NCBI GenBank assembly: GCA_965112735.1
Contig: OZ218958.1
Location: forward strand, 1,240,001-1,304,000
Direction of reading: 5' to 3'
Length of the DNA stretch: 64,000 nt
From: Phaeosaccion multiseriatum
Taxonomy: Eukaryota > Protista > Ochrophyta, other classes
Below are positions 37,493-50,871 of the stretch, piece by piece. Position 1 is the stretch's first letter, and the number at the start of each line of letters is the position of its first letter. The notes below the pieces were generated by a model. That model was not told the origin of the DNA and searched no databases. It saw only the letters and a program-made list of their open reading frames with translations. Both the position numbers and the translations under genes were made by a program.

Positions 37493-38308
37493 TGTGGCCC
37501 TCCCTTCTCCCCCTCACCGCCTTCCTCTCCCCCTCCTCTTCTCCCTCTCCTTGGACCTTCTTCTCCACCAAGCTCCCCTTCTGCTCCTTCTCCTCCTCCT
37601 CCCTCACTCCTCAGCTCTGTAGGTAGTTACCCCCGTCTACCACCGCGATTGCTACTGTTGCTGTTGCTATTTTTTCTATTGTGTCGGCGCAAGACTCGAA
37701 ACGGCATGGACAAACTGAAAGGCAAATTAAATTGGGTACCCATTTCTCTCGGAGCGTTACATTTTTAGCGCACGATCTTTCCCCCACCATATCCATTGCA
37801 TGTCTCGATCCACACGTTCGCACTCCTCAAGGTCTCTGCCCCCTGTCAAGGTGCTCTGTCCACGGTAAGCTACGACACCAACACAGAGAGTGCAGGTTTG
37901 AGTGCCGCGCCGGGCCAGAGAGAGAGAGAGAGAGCATTCGCAGGCGTTAGAGTCATTTGATTGAATTGAAGGGCGCGTGCTTTCCTGTGATGGGTTTACA
38001 CGTGGCCGTGCCCCTCCTCTCGTCTAGAGGCTCAGTGTAGATGGCGGTGAATATATGACTACTCTCTCCCCGCGCTTACCTGGGCCGGCCGTGAGGAGGG
38101 CACTTCCATTTACGTCGAAAGCGCTAGTGCACCTTCGTCGGGGGAAGGGATCTGTGGCTTCAAGCCCCCTTCCCCTGGCAGCTCTCCGACCCTCGGGCCT
38201 CGTCTTGCTGACATTTACCTCTCCCCATCCTCTCACCTCTCTTCCTTCCACCCAACCTCTCCGCTTTCAGAAAGGCAGGACTCAGGACTCGAAGCGATTC
38301 CATTCGGT

Positions 38309-40678
38309 ATGGAGCGATCTTCCAGCAGTGTAGCGCCTCCGATCATGGAACGAGGCCTCACCATTGAGATACCTGAACCACCCGACGACAGCAGCAGCTC
38401 GGCGGCGGCTCCGATCATGGAGCAGGGACTTGCGCTTGCAGCGCCTCCGACCTGGGAGGAGGGACTGACTATCGAGGTACAGCATACATGAAGAGGCGAG
38501 AGAGAGAGTAGCAGATCAGGCAGTGGTGGTGCGTGCGTTGGTCTAAAAGAGACGGACGGGCCTCTTCGTGTGCTTGCTTTCTCCCATTATGCTGGCTTGT
38601 CCCTTTCCCCGCTGCTCGCCAAAGTACAATTCCTCTCTCCCTCCCATCTCCCTCCCTCTACCCCCCTCTCCCCTCACCTCCCTCGCGCCCCCTCTCCTCC
38701 TCTCGCTCACTCACCCCCCCCCCTCTCGCAGGCGAAGCGCCTCTGCCAGGCCATACGATATGGGGTGAAGACAGCAAAGATCAAGACCATCATAAGACAG
38801 CTGCTTGCCGAGCGCGGAAGAGCCAGTTTGGAGCAACCCATACACGACGATGGAACCACAGCCATAGTCCTAAGTGCCGAGTATGGTCGCGCAGACGTCG
38901 TGGAGCTTCTACTGGAGGAAGGGGCGTATATCACCACTGGAGGAGGACCGGGGGGAAGGACGCCCTTGGTGGCAGCGAGTCAGCACCAAAAGCTCAGCGT
39001 GGTGAAAGTGTTGTTGAGCGCAGGAGCCCCGGTGGACCAAGTGGACGACGCTTGCATGACGCCCCTGATGTGGTCCGCGCAACTCGGACATGGTACAGTG
39101 GTGGCCATGCTCGTCTCAGCAGGCGCACGCGTAGACAAGCAGAGGCCTGATGGCTTCTCGGCCCTCATTATGGCATCGGACAGTGGGAAAACGTCTGTTG
39201 TGGAGCAGCTCATCAGGGCGAAGGCGAATGTAGATCTGGAGACGAGCAATGGATGCACTGCCCTGGGGCTTGCGGCCGATCAAGGGCGCGTGGCAGTTGT
39301 GTCTGTGCTACTGGCTGCCCAGGCTTCGGTGGATCATACCGATGAGAATGGGGAGACTCCTTTGATGTTTGCCAGTGAGAATGACCACCCCAAAGTGGTC
39401 TCCAAGCTCCTGTCTGCCCAGGCTGACGTGGAGCATACCAATCCGAATGGTGAGAATGCCTTAATGGCGGCTGCGCTAGCGGGCAACGCCGCGGTGGTGA
39501 GGACGCTACTGTCTGCAAACGCCAAAGTGAATCATACACAGGCAAACGGATGCACGGCGCTCATGTTCGCCAGCCACAGCGGACACACTGCTGTAGTGGC
39601 ACGGCTCATCAAGGCAAAGGCATTGGTAGACACAGCGAATGAAAGTGGATCGACCGCCCTCATCACGGCCGCAAAGAATGGGAGTGTGGCAGTGGTGGAG
39701 CTGCTACTCTCTGCCAATGCAAGCGCAGACATGACTAACCACGGCGGGTGGACTGCGCTCATGGCATCTTCGTCTGACGGTCATGTGGGAGTCGTCAAGG
39801 CTCTTCTGCGATCGCGTCGGGGCCTGGACGTAAATCTTGGGATGGAGAATGGAGAGACAGCGCTGTCAATGGCCTGTGAGAATGGGCACGAGGCGTGTGT
39901 GGTGCTGCTCATTCACGCGAAGGCAAACTTGAATGCCACCGACCATCAAGGATGGACACCGCTGATGGTGGCCGCGCAGAGGGGGCACACGAAGGTGGTG
40001 GAGCAGCTCGTCGCCGCGAAAGCAAGCTTGAATGTCGCCGATCACCAAGGATGGACGCCGCTGATGGCGGCCGCGCAGAGGGGGCACACGAAGGTGGTGG
40101 AGCAGCTCGTCGCCGCGAAGGCAAGCTTGGATGAAACAGACAATGTGGGATGGACGGCTCTGAAACTGGCCTGTCAGAACGGGCACGAGGCAGTGGTGGT
40201 GCAGCTGCTCTCTGGCCACGTCAGTCTGGATCATGGGATGGAGGGAGGCATCACCGCTCTGATGTTAGCGTCCCAAAACGGGCACTTGGGAGTTGTGACG
40301 CTGCTACTCTCTGCCCAACTCAGTGACGTGAATATCGAGAGAGACGAGAGGGAGAACGGCGAGGTCCGAGGCACGATTGAGGAGGACGAGTATGAAGTGG
40401 CCAACAATGATACCGGAGATGACGCGTGGGTGAGGAGTGCCTCTCTGGAAACGCAAGCAGGGGTGCGGCAGAAGAGGGGCTGGTCTTGGGGATGGGGCAT
40501 GCGACAGAACATCGGGAGGAGGGAGGAGAATGGACAGAGCCATGGTGTGGGCCCATATCCGCAAACGCAAACTGGACGGCTGCAGAAGCTGTGGCATAGA
40601 TTGCGGGCGCGACAGCGGTGGAGAAGGTCATCTCGGCAAACGCATCCTCGATTCCGACCCAAGTCAAGTGCAGCCTAA
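38309..40678 (+). CDS. Ankyrin-repeat protein (roughly 15 repeats), 2 exons
   Basis: Exon 38309-38476 (GT donor, phase 0) joins exon 38732-40678 (CAG acceptor) in frame. Repeated 33-aa GxTALMxAxxxGHxxVVxxLLxAxAxVD units. Confidence 0.9.
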
Positions 40679-41345
40679 CCAATTGGCTGTTATCGACCTT
40701 GGTTACTGCAATGGACAAGGCATGCACGCGTATAGAGAGATGGACAGATAGACAGATAGACAGGTAGGCAGGTGGATAGATAGACAAATCTCGTTTTGAA
40801 ATTAAATGATCACCCGCTGCCAATGCCACTCTCCCTTCCACCCACCCACCCACCCACCCACCTCCTAGCTACTCCCCCGCCCGCAGCCCTCCCCCCCCCG
40901 ACCCCCCATCCGACCCTCCTCCTCCACCCCCCCTTCCTCCCTCCACGGCCAACCACATTCTCACTAAAGCAAGACTATCCCACATTTCCACCACCCGCTC
41001 CCACACCTGTAGTGTCTTTCCCCCTTCCCCTCCTCTCCCGTCCCTTCATCAGCCTGTCTCCGCCCCCCCCCAACCGGCGACGGCGCCTCACCAACCCGCG
41101 TGTGGGTGCCCTCACCCCCCCCCCTCCCCCCCGTCCGTCCGTCTGTGCCGCTTGGTGGACTCCTATCCCTCACGTGCAGCATCTGTCACTCTGTTATGTA
41201 TGGGCCAGGCCCAGGCACTTAAAAGAGAGACACAAGCCAGCCATAGAGCCCTTTCTTTCCCTTCAGCCACGGACACACACCCAGCAAACGATATTGTGTA
41301 TCACCACCTGCTGCTGCTGTACCACCAACTGGTGCTACTGCCGCC

Positions 41346-41689
41346 TCAGTACTCGCACGCGGATCCGTACGACCTTGGAAAGGGGATGGTGTCCTTGATG
41401 TTGTCGAGACCGGTGACAAACATCACCAGGCGTTCGAATCCGAGACCAAAGCCGGCGTGCTTCATCGTGCCTGGAGGGGGGGGGAGGGAGGGGCGAGGAG
41501 GGAGAGAGGTAGGGACAGGAGGCAAGGGTGAGAGGGCGAAGAGGGGAGAGAGAGAGACGGACGGAGAAGGGTAGGACGAGAAGAAAGAATGGGATAATGA
41601 GATGCATGTTCCCTTTTCTCATTTCTCTCAGTCTCTCCCTCCCTCGCGCGCTCTCTCTTTCCCCGTGTATGGATCCGCCCTCGTGTGTG

Positions 41690-41737
<48 letters not shown>

Positions 41738-42373
41738 CACTCACCATATCTCCGTAGGTCGAGGTACCAGGAGATGGCGTCTACCCCGAGCCCTGTCTCC
41801 TTCGCACGCTGCTCCAACACGTCGAGCTGCTCCTCACGCTGCGAGCCGCCAATGATCTGCATCACCACACATACAGCAGTTGGTGATACAACCACACCGC
41901 ACCACACGATAACGCCACAGCACAGTAAAGCACAGCCACATTAGACGAGACCGATGGGGAGTCCCAACAAATGACCAACACAGGATGACCAACACGGGCA
42001 TCCATCCATCGGGGAAGAAGGCAGACAGACGCAGAAAGAGGGACACAGGGAGAGAGGCACGAACAAACGTAACAGGAAGGATTAGAGGCATATGGAGGGG
42101 GGCTTGCGGGGCTTGCGTGCAAGGGTAGGTAATCCCCAACCCGCCCCCCCCGTGGTGTTTAATACGGGCACTCTTACGTACGCTTCTATAAACCATACGT
42201 ACGCTACACATACGCTAGTATAGAAGAGTTTTATGTTCTTTCGTACCTCTCCAATCCTGGGCACGAGAATATCCATGGCAGCGACGGTCTTCCCATCGGG
42301 GTTGAGCTTCATGTAAAACGCCTTGATGTCCTTGGGGTAGTCGATCACGATCACAGGCTGCTTGTATACCTGT

Positions 42374-42420
<47 letters not shown>

Positions 42421-43248
42421 TAGGAGGAGGAGGAGTAGGAGGAGGAGGAGGCGAAGGAAGGGGAGGGGTTGAGGGGGAGGATGATGATGAGGAGGAGGAG
42501 GAGGAAGAGGAGGAGGAGGAGGAGGAGGAGGAGGAGGAGGAGGACGAGGAGGAGGGGGAGGAGGAGGAGGAGGAGGAGGAGGAGGAGGAGGAGGAGGAGG
42601 AGGAGGAAGAGAGGGGTCGAGGGAGGGGTCGAGGGGGGGGGTGAGGTGGAGGCGGAGAGTTCAGAGGGAGAATGTTCTCGCATGTAATCTTACCCGACCC
42701 GCTACCCACGTGGAGAAGCCTTCCAGCAAATCCTCACGCAGGAAGGCATAAAGGCATGCGCGAATCCTAACGTGGCAATACGTAACACTTACGGACCTTT
42801 TCTGTGATGTACCTCTCGTGCTCGGAGCCCAAGTCGTCCCCCCAATTCGGGTACGATTCGAACTTCACCTGAGAGGAGGAGGAGGAGGAGGAGGAGGAGG
42901 AAGAGGACCGGAAGGGGGGGAGGAGAAGGAGGAGGAGGAGGAGGAGGAGGATGATGAGGAGGAGGAGGAGGAGCAGGACCAGGGAAAGTGTGAGCATCAC
43001 TGTTCAATGCCATGGATGGGAAGAGATTATTTCGTACGTAACCTTGGTATGTACGCACCTTCTTCTTGGCGATGTGGTCCTGCAGCACCTCCACAGCCTT
43101 GGTGTAGGGAAGGCGGATGAAGTCACTGAATGGCGAGTGTCAGGACAGGGCAGACAATAGGGAGTGTCAGGACGGTGGGTGGACGGATGAAGTCACCATG
43201 TCAAAGGCATCGGGGGGTGTCAGGACAGAGGATCGGTGCATTTGTGTG

Positions 43249-43294
<46 letters not shown>

Positions 43295-44846
43295 AACAAA
43301 AGAGCCTCCCTCCCCCCCGTCATGTCTCCAAAACACCCATCCATACAAGCCTCTCTCTACCCTCTTCAGGAAGCTCCGTCTCCCCCCAGGGCCACCCCAC
43401 CCCACCCCACCCCCCACCCCCCCCCTCCACTCCCTCCCCTGCTCCACCCTCTCTCTCTCACCTCTCCAACACGTTCACGAGCCTCTTCCGGAGTTCCTTC
43501 TCCCCCGAAGGGATGCCCTCAAAGAGCCTGAGGTCGTCGTCGCAGTGCTCAAGAGCGTAGGCGGTGAGGTATTTGATGTAATCCTCGGCAAGGCACATGT
43601 CGTCCTCGAGCTCTGCAAATGCGATCTTTGGGGGTAAGACAAGTAAGGGGACAGGGGGACAGGGGGGCAATGGAAACTTCAACTTCAAGTAGCGTAAGGA
43701 GAGGTGGGGAGGTGGAGTGGAGTGGCGAAAGGGATGTCTTCTCTCCCTCTTGCCTCTCTCTTTGTCTCTCGCTCCTCCCTGCCCTGCGCCCCTTCGCACC
43801 TCGCTGCCCACCCCCGTGGGTATAAGCACCCCCTTCTCCCTCCCTCCCTCCCTCCCTCCCTCCATGTGGCGTACCTCTGGCTCAATCATCCAGAACTCTG
43901 CCAAGTGGCGTGCGGTGTTGCTGTGTTCGGCGCGGAAAGTGGGGCCGAAGGTGTACACGTCACTCAAAGCGCAGCAATGGGTTTCTACGTTGAGCTGTCC
44001 TGAAACTGTCAGGCATGTTCGCTTGCCGAAGAAGTCCTATTTGTGACAGGAGGTTTGCGGGGGGAGGGAGGGGAGGAAGGAGCGGACGGGAGGGAGGAAG
44101 GAAGGCAGAGAGGGAGAGACGGAGGGGGTTCAAAGGCAGCGAACGTCTATCTGTCAGAAACCCAGTGTCAGAGACCCACTGTCAGAGAGAAACCCAAAGT
44201 GAGATACCCAAGTCCGGGTAGGACAGAGCGGCTCAGCTCTCTCAACTCAAGACAGGCACACATATAACATGCACCCACACGAGAGGAGGGAGACAACGAC
44301 TCTGTCTCACAGTTGGCGAGCCGCCGCTGGGTATCACAAACCCACCTGCTTTACCTACACTGTGAAAACTCCCTGTGAATCACCAACCCACCTACCTACC
44401 CCCTGTGCCCACCTGTGCATAGTCGATGTTCCCCTCCTTGGTCTTGGCCTTGGCCTGCACCTGTCCGTCCTCGCCGAGCACTGTGGTGACCACAAACTGC
44501 TCCCCCGCTCCTTCGCAATCCGCGCCCGTGATGAGTGGAGTGTGCACGTACAAAAACCCTGTGCATCAAAAACAAAAACACAAAAACACAAAATGGTCAG
44601 GGTAAAAGCAAAAAAAAGATCAAGCAAAGGTTAAGGTTAAGCGCCCGTGACCAGAGCGAATTGTGTACGCACAAGAAAGCCTCGTATTCGTACCAAAAAG
44701 GTCAAGCAAGCGATTAAGCAAAGATGGAAGCCAAGAGGGAGAGGAAGGGTAGTGTTGAAGCGGCGTTACGTTTGCTGCGTGCGTAAGGGGTGCGTATGTG
44801 TACGTCACGTGGGCTCTCTCCGTCTCCCACCCCTACGTCAAGGGGA

Positions 44847-44895
<49 letters not shown>

Positions 44896-47800
44896 TCTCT
44901 CTCTGTCTCTTGTCTCTGTCTCTCTCTGTCTCCATCTCTCTCTGTCTCTCTCTCTGTCTCCATCTCTCTCTCTCACTCCATCTCACCCCTATCGTTGAAG
45001 AATTTGTTGGTGGCGTAGGCCATGGCGTGTCTGATGCGACTCACTGCGCTGCCGAGACGGCTCCGGGGCCTCAAGTGACCGATGGAGCGGAGGTGCTCGC
45101 GAGTGTGGTGCTTCTTTGCCAGAGGGTAGAACTGGTTGGGTGGGGTGGGGTGGGGTGGGGTTGAGTTGGGTTGGGTCGGGTTGGGTTGGGTTGGGTTGGG
45201 TTGGGTTGGGTTGGGTGGGGTGGGGTTGAGTTGGGTTGGGTTGGGTTGGGTTGGGTTGGGTTGGGTTGGGTTGGGTTGGGTTGGGTTGGGTTGGGTTGGG
45301 TTGGGTTGGGTTGGGTTGGGTTGGGTTGGGTTGGGTGGGGTGGGGTGGGGTTGAGTTGGGTTGGGTTGAGTTGGGTTGGGTTGGGTTGAGTTGGGTTGAG
45401 TTGGGTTGGGTTGGGTTGGGTTGGGTTGGGTGGGGTTGAGTTGGGTTGGGTTGGGTTGGGTTGGGTTGAGTTGGGTTGGGTTGGGTTGGGTTGGGTGTGG
45501 ATGTTGCAGAGAGAGGGGGGGGGGTGGGGGGGGATGACAATGCGTGTGCGGGTGGTTTGCTTAGGTTGGTGGAGGAGAGTGGGAAGGAAAAGGGGGGGGT
45601 GAGGGGTGGGAGCGCGTCTCTTCACACCACACCACACCACACTACACCCCGCCACACTACGCCACATCACAATACACCACACCACACCCGTTGGTGATAC
45701 ACCATACCACACCACACCAGTTGGTGATACAACAAACAATGTACCACACAGACCCTGACTCACCTTGCCCCCTACCTCCCCGTCCTCCCCAGCGTGCACA
45801 GCCCCCAGCACCTCGACCACGTCAGCCTTGACTTCAATCTCCTGCCCCTTGGCAGGCGACTCCACCACTGTGCCCTGTGGGAGGTAGATGGGTGGGTGGG
45901 TGGGGGGCGTGCACGACACACACGAGTTTGAGTTTGAATTTGAGGGTGAGTCTGGGTTTGGGGTTTAGGTTTGAGTTTGAGCTGACTGACTGCCTTGACT
46001 GACTCAATGAGTTACTGACTGACTGTCTTTCTGTTTCATTGACTCACTGGCTCGTTTCACTTCACTGTCCGAACAGTCCCACCCACGCACCCACCCACAA
46101 ACCCACATTCACAAAACCCACCTGAATCTTCAGGCTGGCCCCCGCACCCCCCGTGCGAGTGGCTTCCTCAAAGCCTTGTGCGTGTCCCTTGCTAGCGAGA
46201 CACTGCAACACCTCATCGCAGCTGCCGTCCTGGAGGGCAAGGAAGAGGAGCGCCCCCTTCTCCGCTTCTCTAACGCTGCGCAGCCAACCCATCACCACCA
46301 CCTTCTGCCCTACCATGACCTTGCCCTATGTGTGTGTGCAGATGGCGGTGGATGGATGAGATGGAAGAGATAGATGGCAGATAAAAAATAGGCCACGAGA
46401 AAGGGAGGGAGGGAGGGAGTGAGTGGGGGAGGGAGTGAGAGTGGGAGACGAGGGAGTGAGTGAGAGGAGTAAGCGACTGACTGACTGACTGACTGACTGA
46501 CTACGACGCCAAGACACACAGACCAAGACTGTCCTGTTCGTTCCTTCGTTCCTCCTTTGCTTCTTTCCTCCCTCCCTTCCTCCCTTCCTTCCTTCCTTCC
46601 CTCCCTCCCTCCCTCCCTCCCTCCCTCCTACTTTACACTTTGAGCCCCTCACCTTGCCGAGCAGCTCCTTGACTCGGATCCTCTTCCGTCGGAACTTAGC
46701 CGGCGGCAGCTGAGGCGGCTCGGCGTACTGCTTGATGAAGGAAGAGGAGACGAAGGTGCCTGCCTCTGCCGACCCGGAGACCTCAAACGCGTTCCCAGGG
46801 AGAGAGACCCCGGTGGTCCTGGACTTTGTTTCGGCTGTAGAGGACGTGCAGGGCTGCCGAAAGTAACAGACATGACAAGGTGTGTGTGTGTGATCAAAGT
46901 TTTAAGTGTTTTTGAGAAGACAACGGGAGGGAGGGGAGCAGGGGAGCAGGGGGGGGGGGGGGGGTGGTTGGGAGGGTTGTGAAACCGCGGTGGAGAGCAA
47001 AGGTCTCAGGGCTTAGATCTCAGGACGGCAAACATAAGGGAGTGGTAGCTCAGCTAAACAGGAAACAGATATTCTCTACATCGCCCGTGCCTGCATTTTG
47101 CCGAAGGACTCGTAGTGAGCTGTCTGGATCATGCTGTCGTCATCGCTTCCTCTCTCTCCTCCTCTCTCTCTTTCTCTATCCCTCTCTCCCCCTCTCTTTC
47201 GCACCCTCCCTCTCGCTTCTCTTCCCTCTCTCTCTCTCTCTCTTCTCTCCCTTCATTCCCCTCATCATCCACATTTCTCTCTCCCTCTCCCTCCTTCCCT
47301 TCTTTCTATCGATATGACACAGACAAGGCCACGAGAAACTGCCTATTGCTCCTTCTCCTTCTTTCCTTTCATTTCAACATCACCTCACCTCCTCACACAC
47401 TCACTCACCTTTGCGCCCTTCGCCGACTTCTTTCCTCCTCCCTTTCCTGCTGCTGCTCCCGCTGCAGCTCCCTTCGCTTTCGCCACCCCCGCCCCTGCTG
47501 CCTTGCCCTTGCCCTTGCTCTTGCTCTTGCTGCCCTTGGCCTGTCCATGTCCATTGGTGCTGAGGAACTGCGCAGTCACAGTCTTGTGCCAGCGCATCAC
47601 GTGGGGAATGGCCGCCAAGTCTCCACCGCTCAGCCATTGCTGCTCCGGGGCAAGGGGGGGGGTGGGAGGAGGAGGAGGAGGAGGGGGGAGGGAGGGAGGG
47701 GGGTACAAAGAGACACAGCACCAACAGCGACAACGACAGAGAAGAGACAAGAGAGACAAAAGAGAGAGACAAGAGAGAGACCAGAGAGGGATGAGCGCAA

Positions 47801-49406
47801 AAGGAGGGGAAAGGCGAGAGAGACAGATAAAGAGGCGGTGGGGACAAAGCGCAAGAGGAAAACGGTTGCAAGCGGCTGGAAGAAAAGCGACGAAAGAGCT
47901 CCGTCAAAAGAGTTTCATCTTGTTTGCTTGCGCTTGCCACCAGATCATCGGGTAATCCGAGTACTACGTAAGAGTTATGTGGAGAGCCGACCCCACGCCG
48001 CCAACAAAGCGGTAACAACCCTTCCTCCCCTCCCTTCAGCAACCCCTTCCTCTCTCCCTCTCTCCCTCCCTCTCTCCCTCCCTTCCTCCCTCCCTTCTTC
48101 CTCACCTTCCCCTTCCCGCTGCCGCCTGTATCCCCGAGGCAAGGTCCATGCGAAGCACAGAGGGCGATGTCTGCGATGGTGACGCGGTGACCATCCCCCA
48201 CCAGGAAGGTGCGGCTCGCGAGTACCGCATCCAGCGCGGCCAGCCAGCTGTGAAATGAGTTGAGTTGAGTGAGTGAGTGGATGAGTGACACACAGAAGAG
48301 CCATTGGCAGCAGCAGCAGCAGCAGCAGTGCGGTTGCAAGATGGAGAAGGGGCTGACGATAAGTCGAGTAGGAGCAGCTCCTCCCTCCGAGCCCCTTGTC
48401 CCTCCCTCTCACTCTTTACGACTCACTCCTTAATGTGTTTCTTGGCCCTTGCCACCACTTGGCCGTTCTTGGCATCCTGCACCATAGCTCCGAAGGGCGT
48501 CTCGTACTCGTGCCAGTTGCCCTCCAGCCATTGGTCTACCTCTGCTTCGTTGAAGGCAGTGCGGCCGTACAGACACGCCGCTGGGGCCAGCTCTGCTAGG
48601 TAGCGGACGATGGCGTTGGCCTGAAGATGGTGGTGGTGGTGGTGGCGGTGGTGGCGGTGGTGTTGGGGTGAGAGGGGATGTTGTAGGGTGAGGGGTGGAG
48701 ATGAGGAAGAAGAGAGGGGAGAGAGAGGAGGAAGAGAGAGAGGAGAAAAGGGAAGCGGAAGAAAGAGGAAGAAGAGTTGAGGCTTGTGCAGTTTCCGGGC
48801 AACAAAAATGACCCTCAGGCAGCACTCCTACTTTGATCACCATCGCCATAGAGCGTCGCACAGGCCTCACTGTCTCACCTGCACAATACACACGGGATCC
48901 TTGGTCGGGAATGTGATGCGGAGAACCAGCTGCCGCTCGAGAGGTGACGCCGCCTGCAGCTCCTCGTCGCTGGATGGCGTTTGGGTCAGCTCCACGCCAG
49001 CCAGCCTGGAAGGAGAGAAACAGCAAGGGAAGGTCAGGCGTGCTTGTAAAGAGAGAAGCGGGTAGCCTCTGCTGCAGCTGCAGCTGTTCCTGTTCCTCTG
49101 TTCATGGGAGAAAAGGCTGAGGAGAGACACGCACAGGATGGGTCTTGCTCTCCTCCTGCCCCGCCCTCCTACACCCACTTCTTCCTTTCCACTCACGCAA
49201 ACCCCTGACCCCTCTCCTTCACACCCCGGCACGGCTTGGTACTGCATCTTGCGAAGGAAGGGCCCATGCAATAAATGTTTCCCCTTCTTCGGCGCTTGGC
49301 CTCACCTGGCCACGGCCTGTATCTTGAGCAGCTTGTACCCCCCGACCTCGCTCTTCCCTACCAGCAGCTCATGGCTAATGCCTGCTCCTATGAGAGGTAC
49401 GTCCAT
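41346..49406 (-). CDS. asnS: Asparaginyl-tRNA synthetase (bacterial/organellar-like core) with N-terminal GST-like domain; about 17 exons
   Basis: Start MDVPLIGAG at 49406. GST-like [62 protein letters not shown]-fold [15 protein letters not shown]. Catalytic [107 protein letters not shown]. Stop at 41346. Confidence 0.95.
45134..45496. repeat. (GGGTT)n pentanucleotide microsatellite in an AsnRS intron
   Basis: Direct observation. Abuts the splice acceptor, reading (CCCAA)n in the pre-mRNA. Confidence 0.92.
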
Positions 49407-49831
49407 CCTTCGCAAGAGCCGTTAGAGGTGTGGGCTCTCTTCAGTAAAGCTATTGAGGAGGGGGAAAAGAATAGGAAAGAAAATGTCAATGAATTTACGT
49501 AAACTTACGTATCTTTGGCTATTTCCCCCCTTGCTGCGCCTTACTGCTACGGTTTAGTGGGGTAGTGTTGCCCTTTATATACTTTGGCATCACGCCCTCC
49601 CCCCCCCCCCTCCTCCTTTCTTCTTCAAGACAGTAATCTGACAAGACTTTTACATACACTTGGGTGTATGCGAAAAGTCGGGATTTCGGATTTAGTAGGA
49701 GTTATTTGGGGAAGGAGCGCCCCAGCAAATGGCTGTAACACACTTAATCACGGGATCCACGGGCATCACCCGCTAACTTTCAAGATTGCTGATCTGACGT
49801 TACATCCAAAGAAGCGCACCAGCTGCGTGAA

Positions 49832-50625
49832 TCGGCTCCAGACTGGCCTAGAAGCCTAGCTAGCTATGCTCTAGGCCCTAGGCCGAGCGGCCTACGCCCG
49901 CTCTAGGCCTAGGCCGGTCGGCGGCCGTTGGCCGCTCTAGGCCGGCAATTTTTTCTCCCTAGGCCGGCGGTTCTAGGCCTAGGCCTCGACCTATCTGATT
50001 AGTAATTACGGCCGGCGCAGCCGGCCTGATTACTGATTATGACCGGCGCCAGCCGGCCTGAGTACTGATTAGCTTTCCGCCATTCGGGGGGTGGTTACTG
50101 ATTACGGCCGGCGCACACCGTAATCTTGTCCAGGGTCGAAGGGAGGGAGGGAGGGAGGGAGGGAGGGAGGGAGGGAGGGAGGGAGGGAGGGAGGGAGGGA
50201 GGGAGGGAGCGAGGGAGGGAGGGAGGGAGGGAGGGAGGGAGGGAGGGAGGGAGGGAGGGAGGGAGGGAGGGAGGGAGGGAGGGAGGGAGGGAGGGAGGGA
50301 GGGAGTCGACCCTGGACAAGATCATCTGATTCTGATTACGGCCGGCGCAGCCGGCCTGATTACTGATTATGACCCCAGCCGGTCTGGTTGCTTACAGCCG
50401 GTGACCAGCCGGCCTGATTACTGATTTTGCGCCGGCCGGGGGCTGATTACTGGTTACGGCCGGGGCGCACACCATAATCTTGTCCTAGGCCGGGGGGCTG
50501 CGCCAAAAATAGGCCTAGGCCGGGGACCTGCGGCCCCCTCTAGGCCTAGGCCGGGGGCCTGCGGCCCCCCTAGGCCGGCCGAATTTCGTCTCTAGGCCTA
50601 GGCTTCTAGGCCAGTCTGGAGCCGA
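49832..50625. mobile_element. Non-autonomous TIR element (MITE/foldback-like), 794 bp
   Basis: Perfect 28-bp terminal inverted repeat TCGGCTCCAGACTGGCCTAGAAGCCTAG (49832-49859 / 50598-50625). Subterminal CTAGGC and GCCGGCCTGATTACTGATT repeats, central (GGGA)n. No target-site duplication found. Confidence 0.75.
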
Positions 50626-50871
50626 AGAGTAAGGCCCTTTTTCCAGAACCTGGAACCTGGCCGGCTGGCGCCGGCCAACACCTGGAACCTGGGTCGCCTC
50701 AGAACCTTGTCAGGGTCCGACCTCATCCTCCTCCTCCGCCGAGTCTTTCCACATCCTGCACTCGCCATTTGTCAGTCCCTCCTACTTTGCTCCTCCTCCC
50801 TCTCCTCCCCCCCTTCTTCACCTTCCTCTCCTCCACTCTCCCTTCTTCTCCCACTTCTTGCCGATCCCAAC

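Noticed and set aside
44989-45602. PNPTQ / GWVGL repeat proteins
   Set aside because: Translation of an intronic (GGGTT)n microsatellite.
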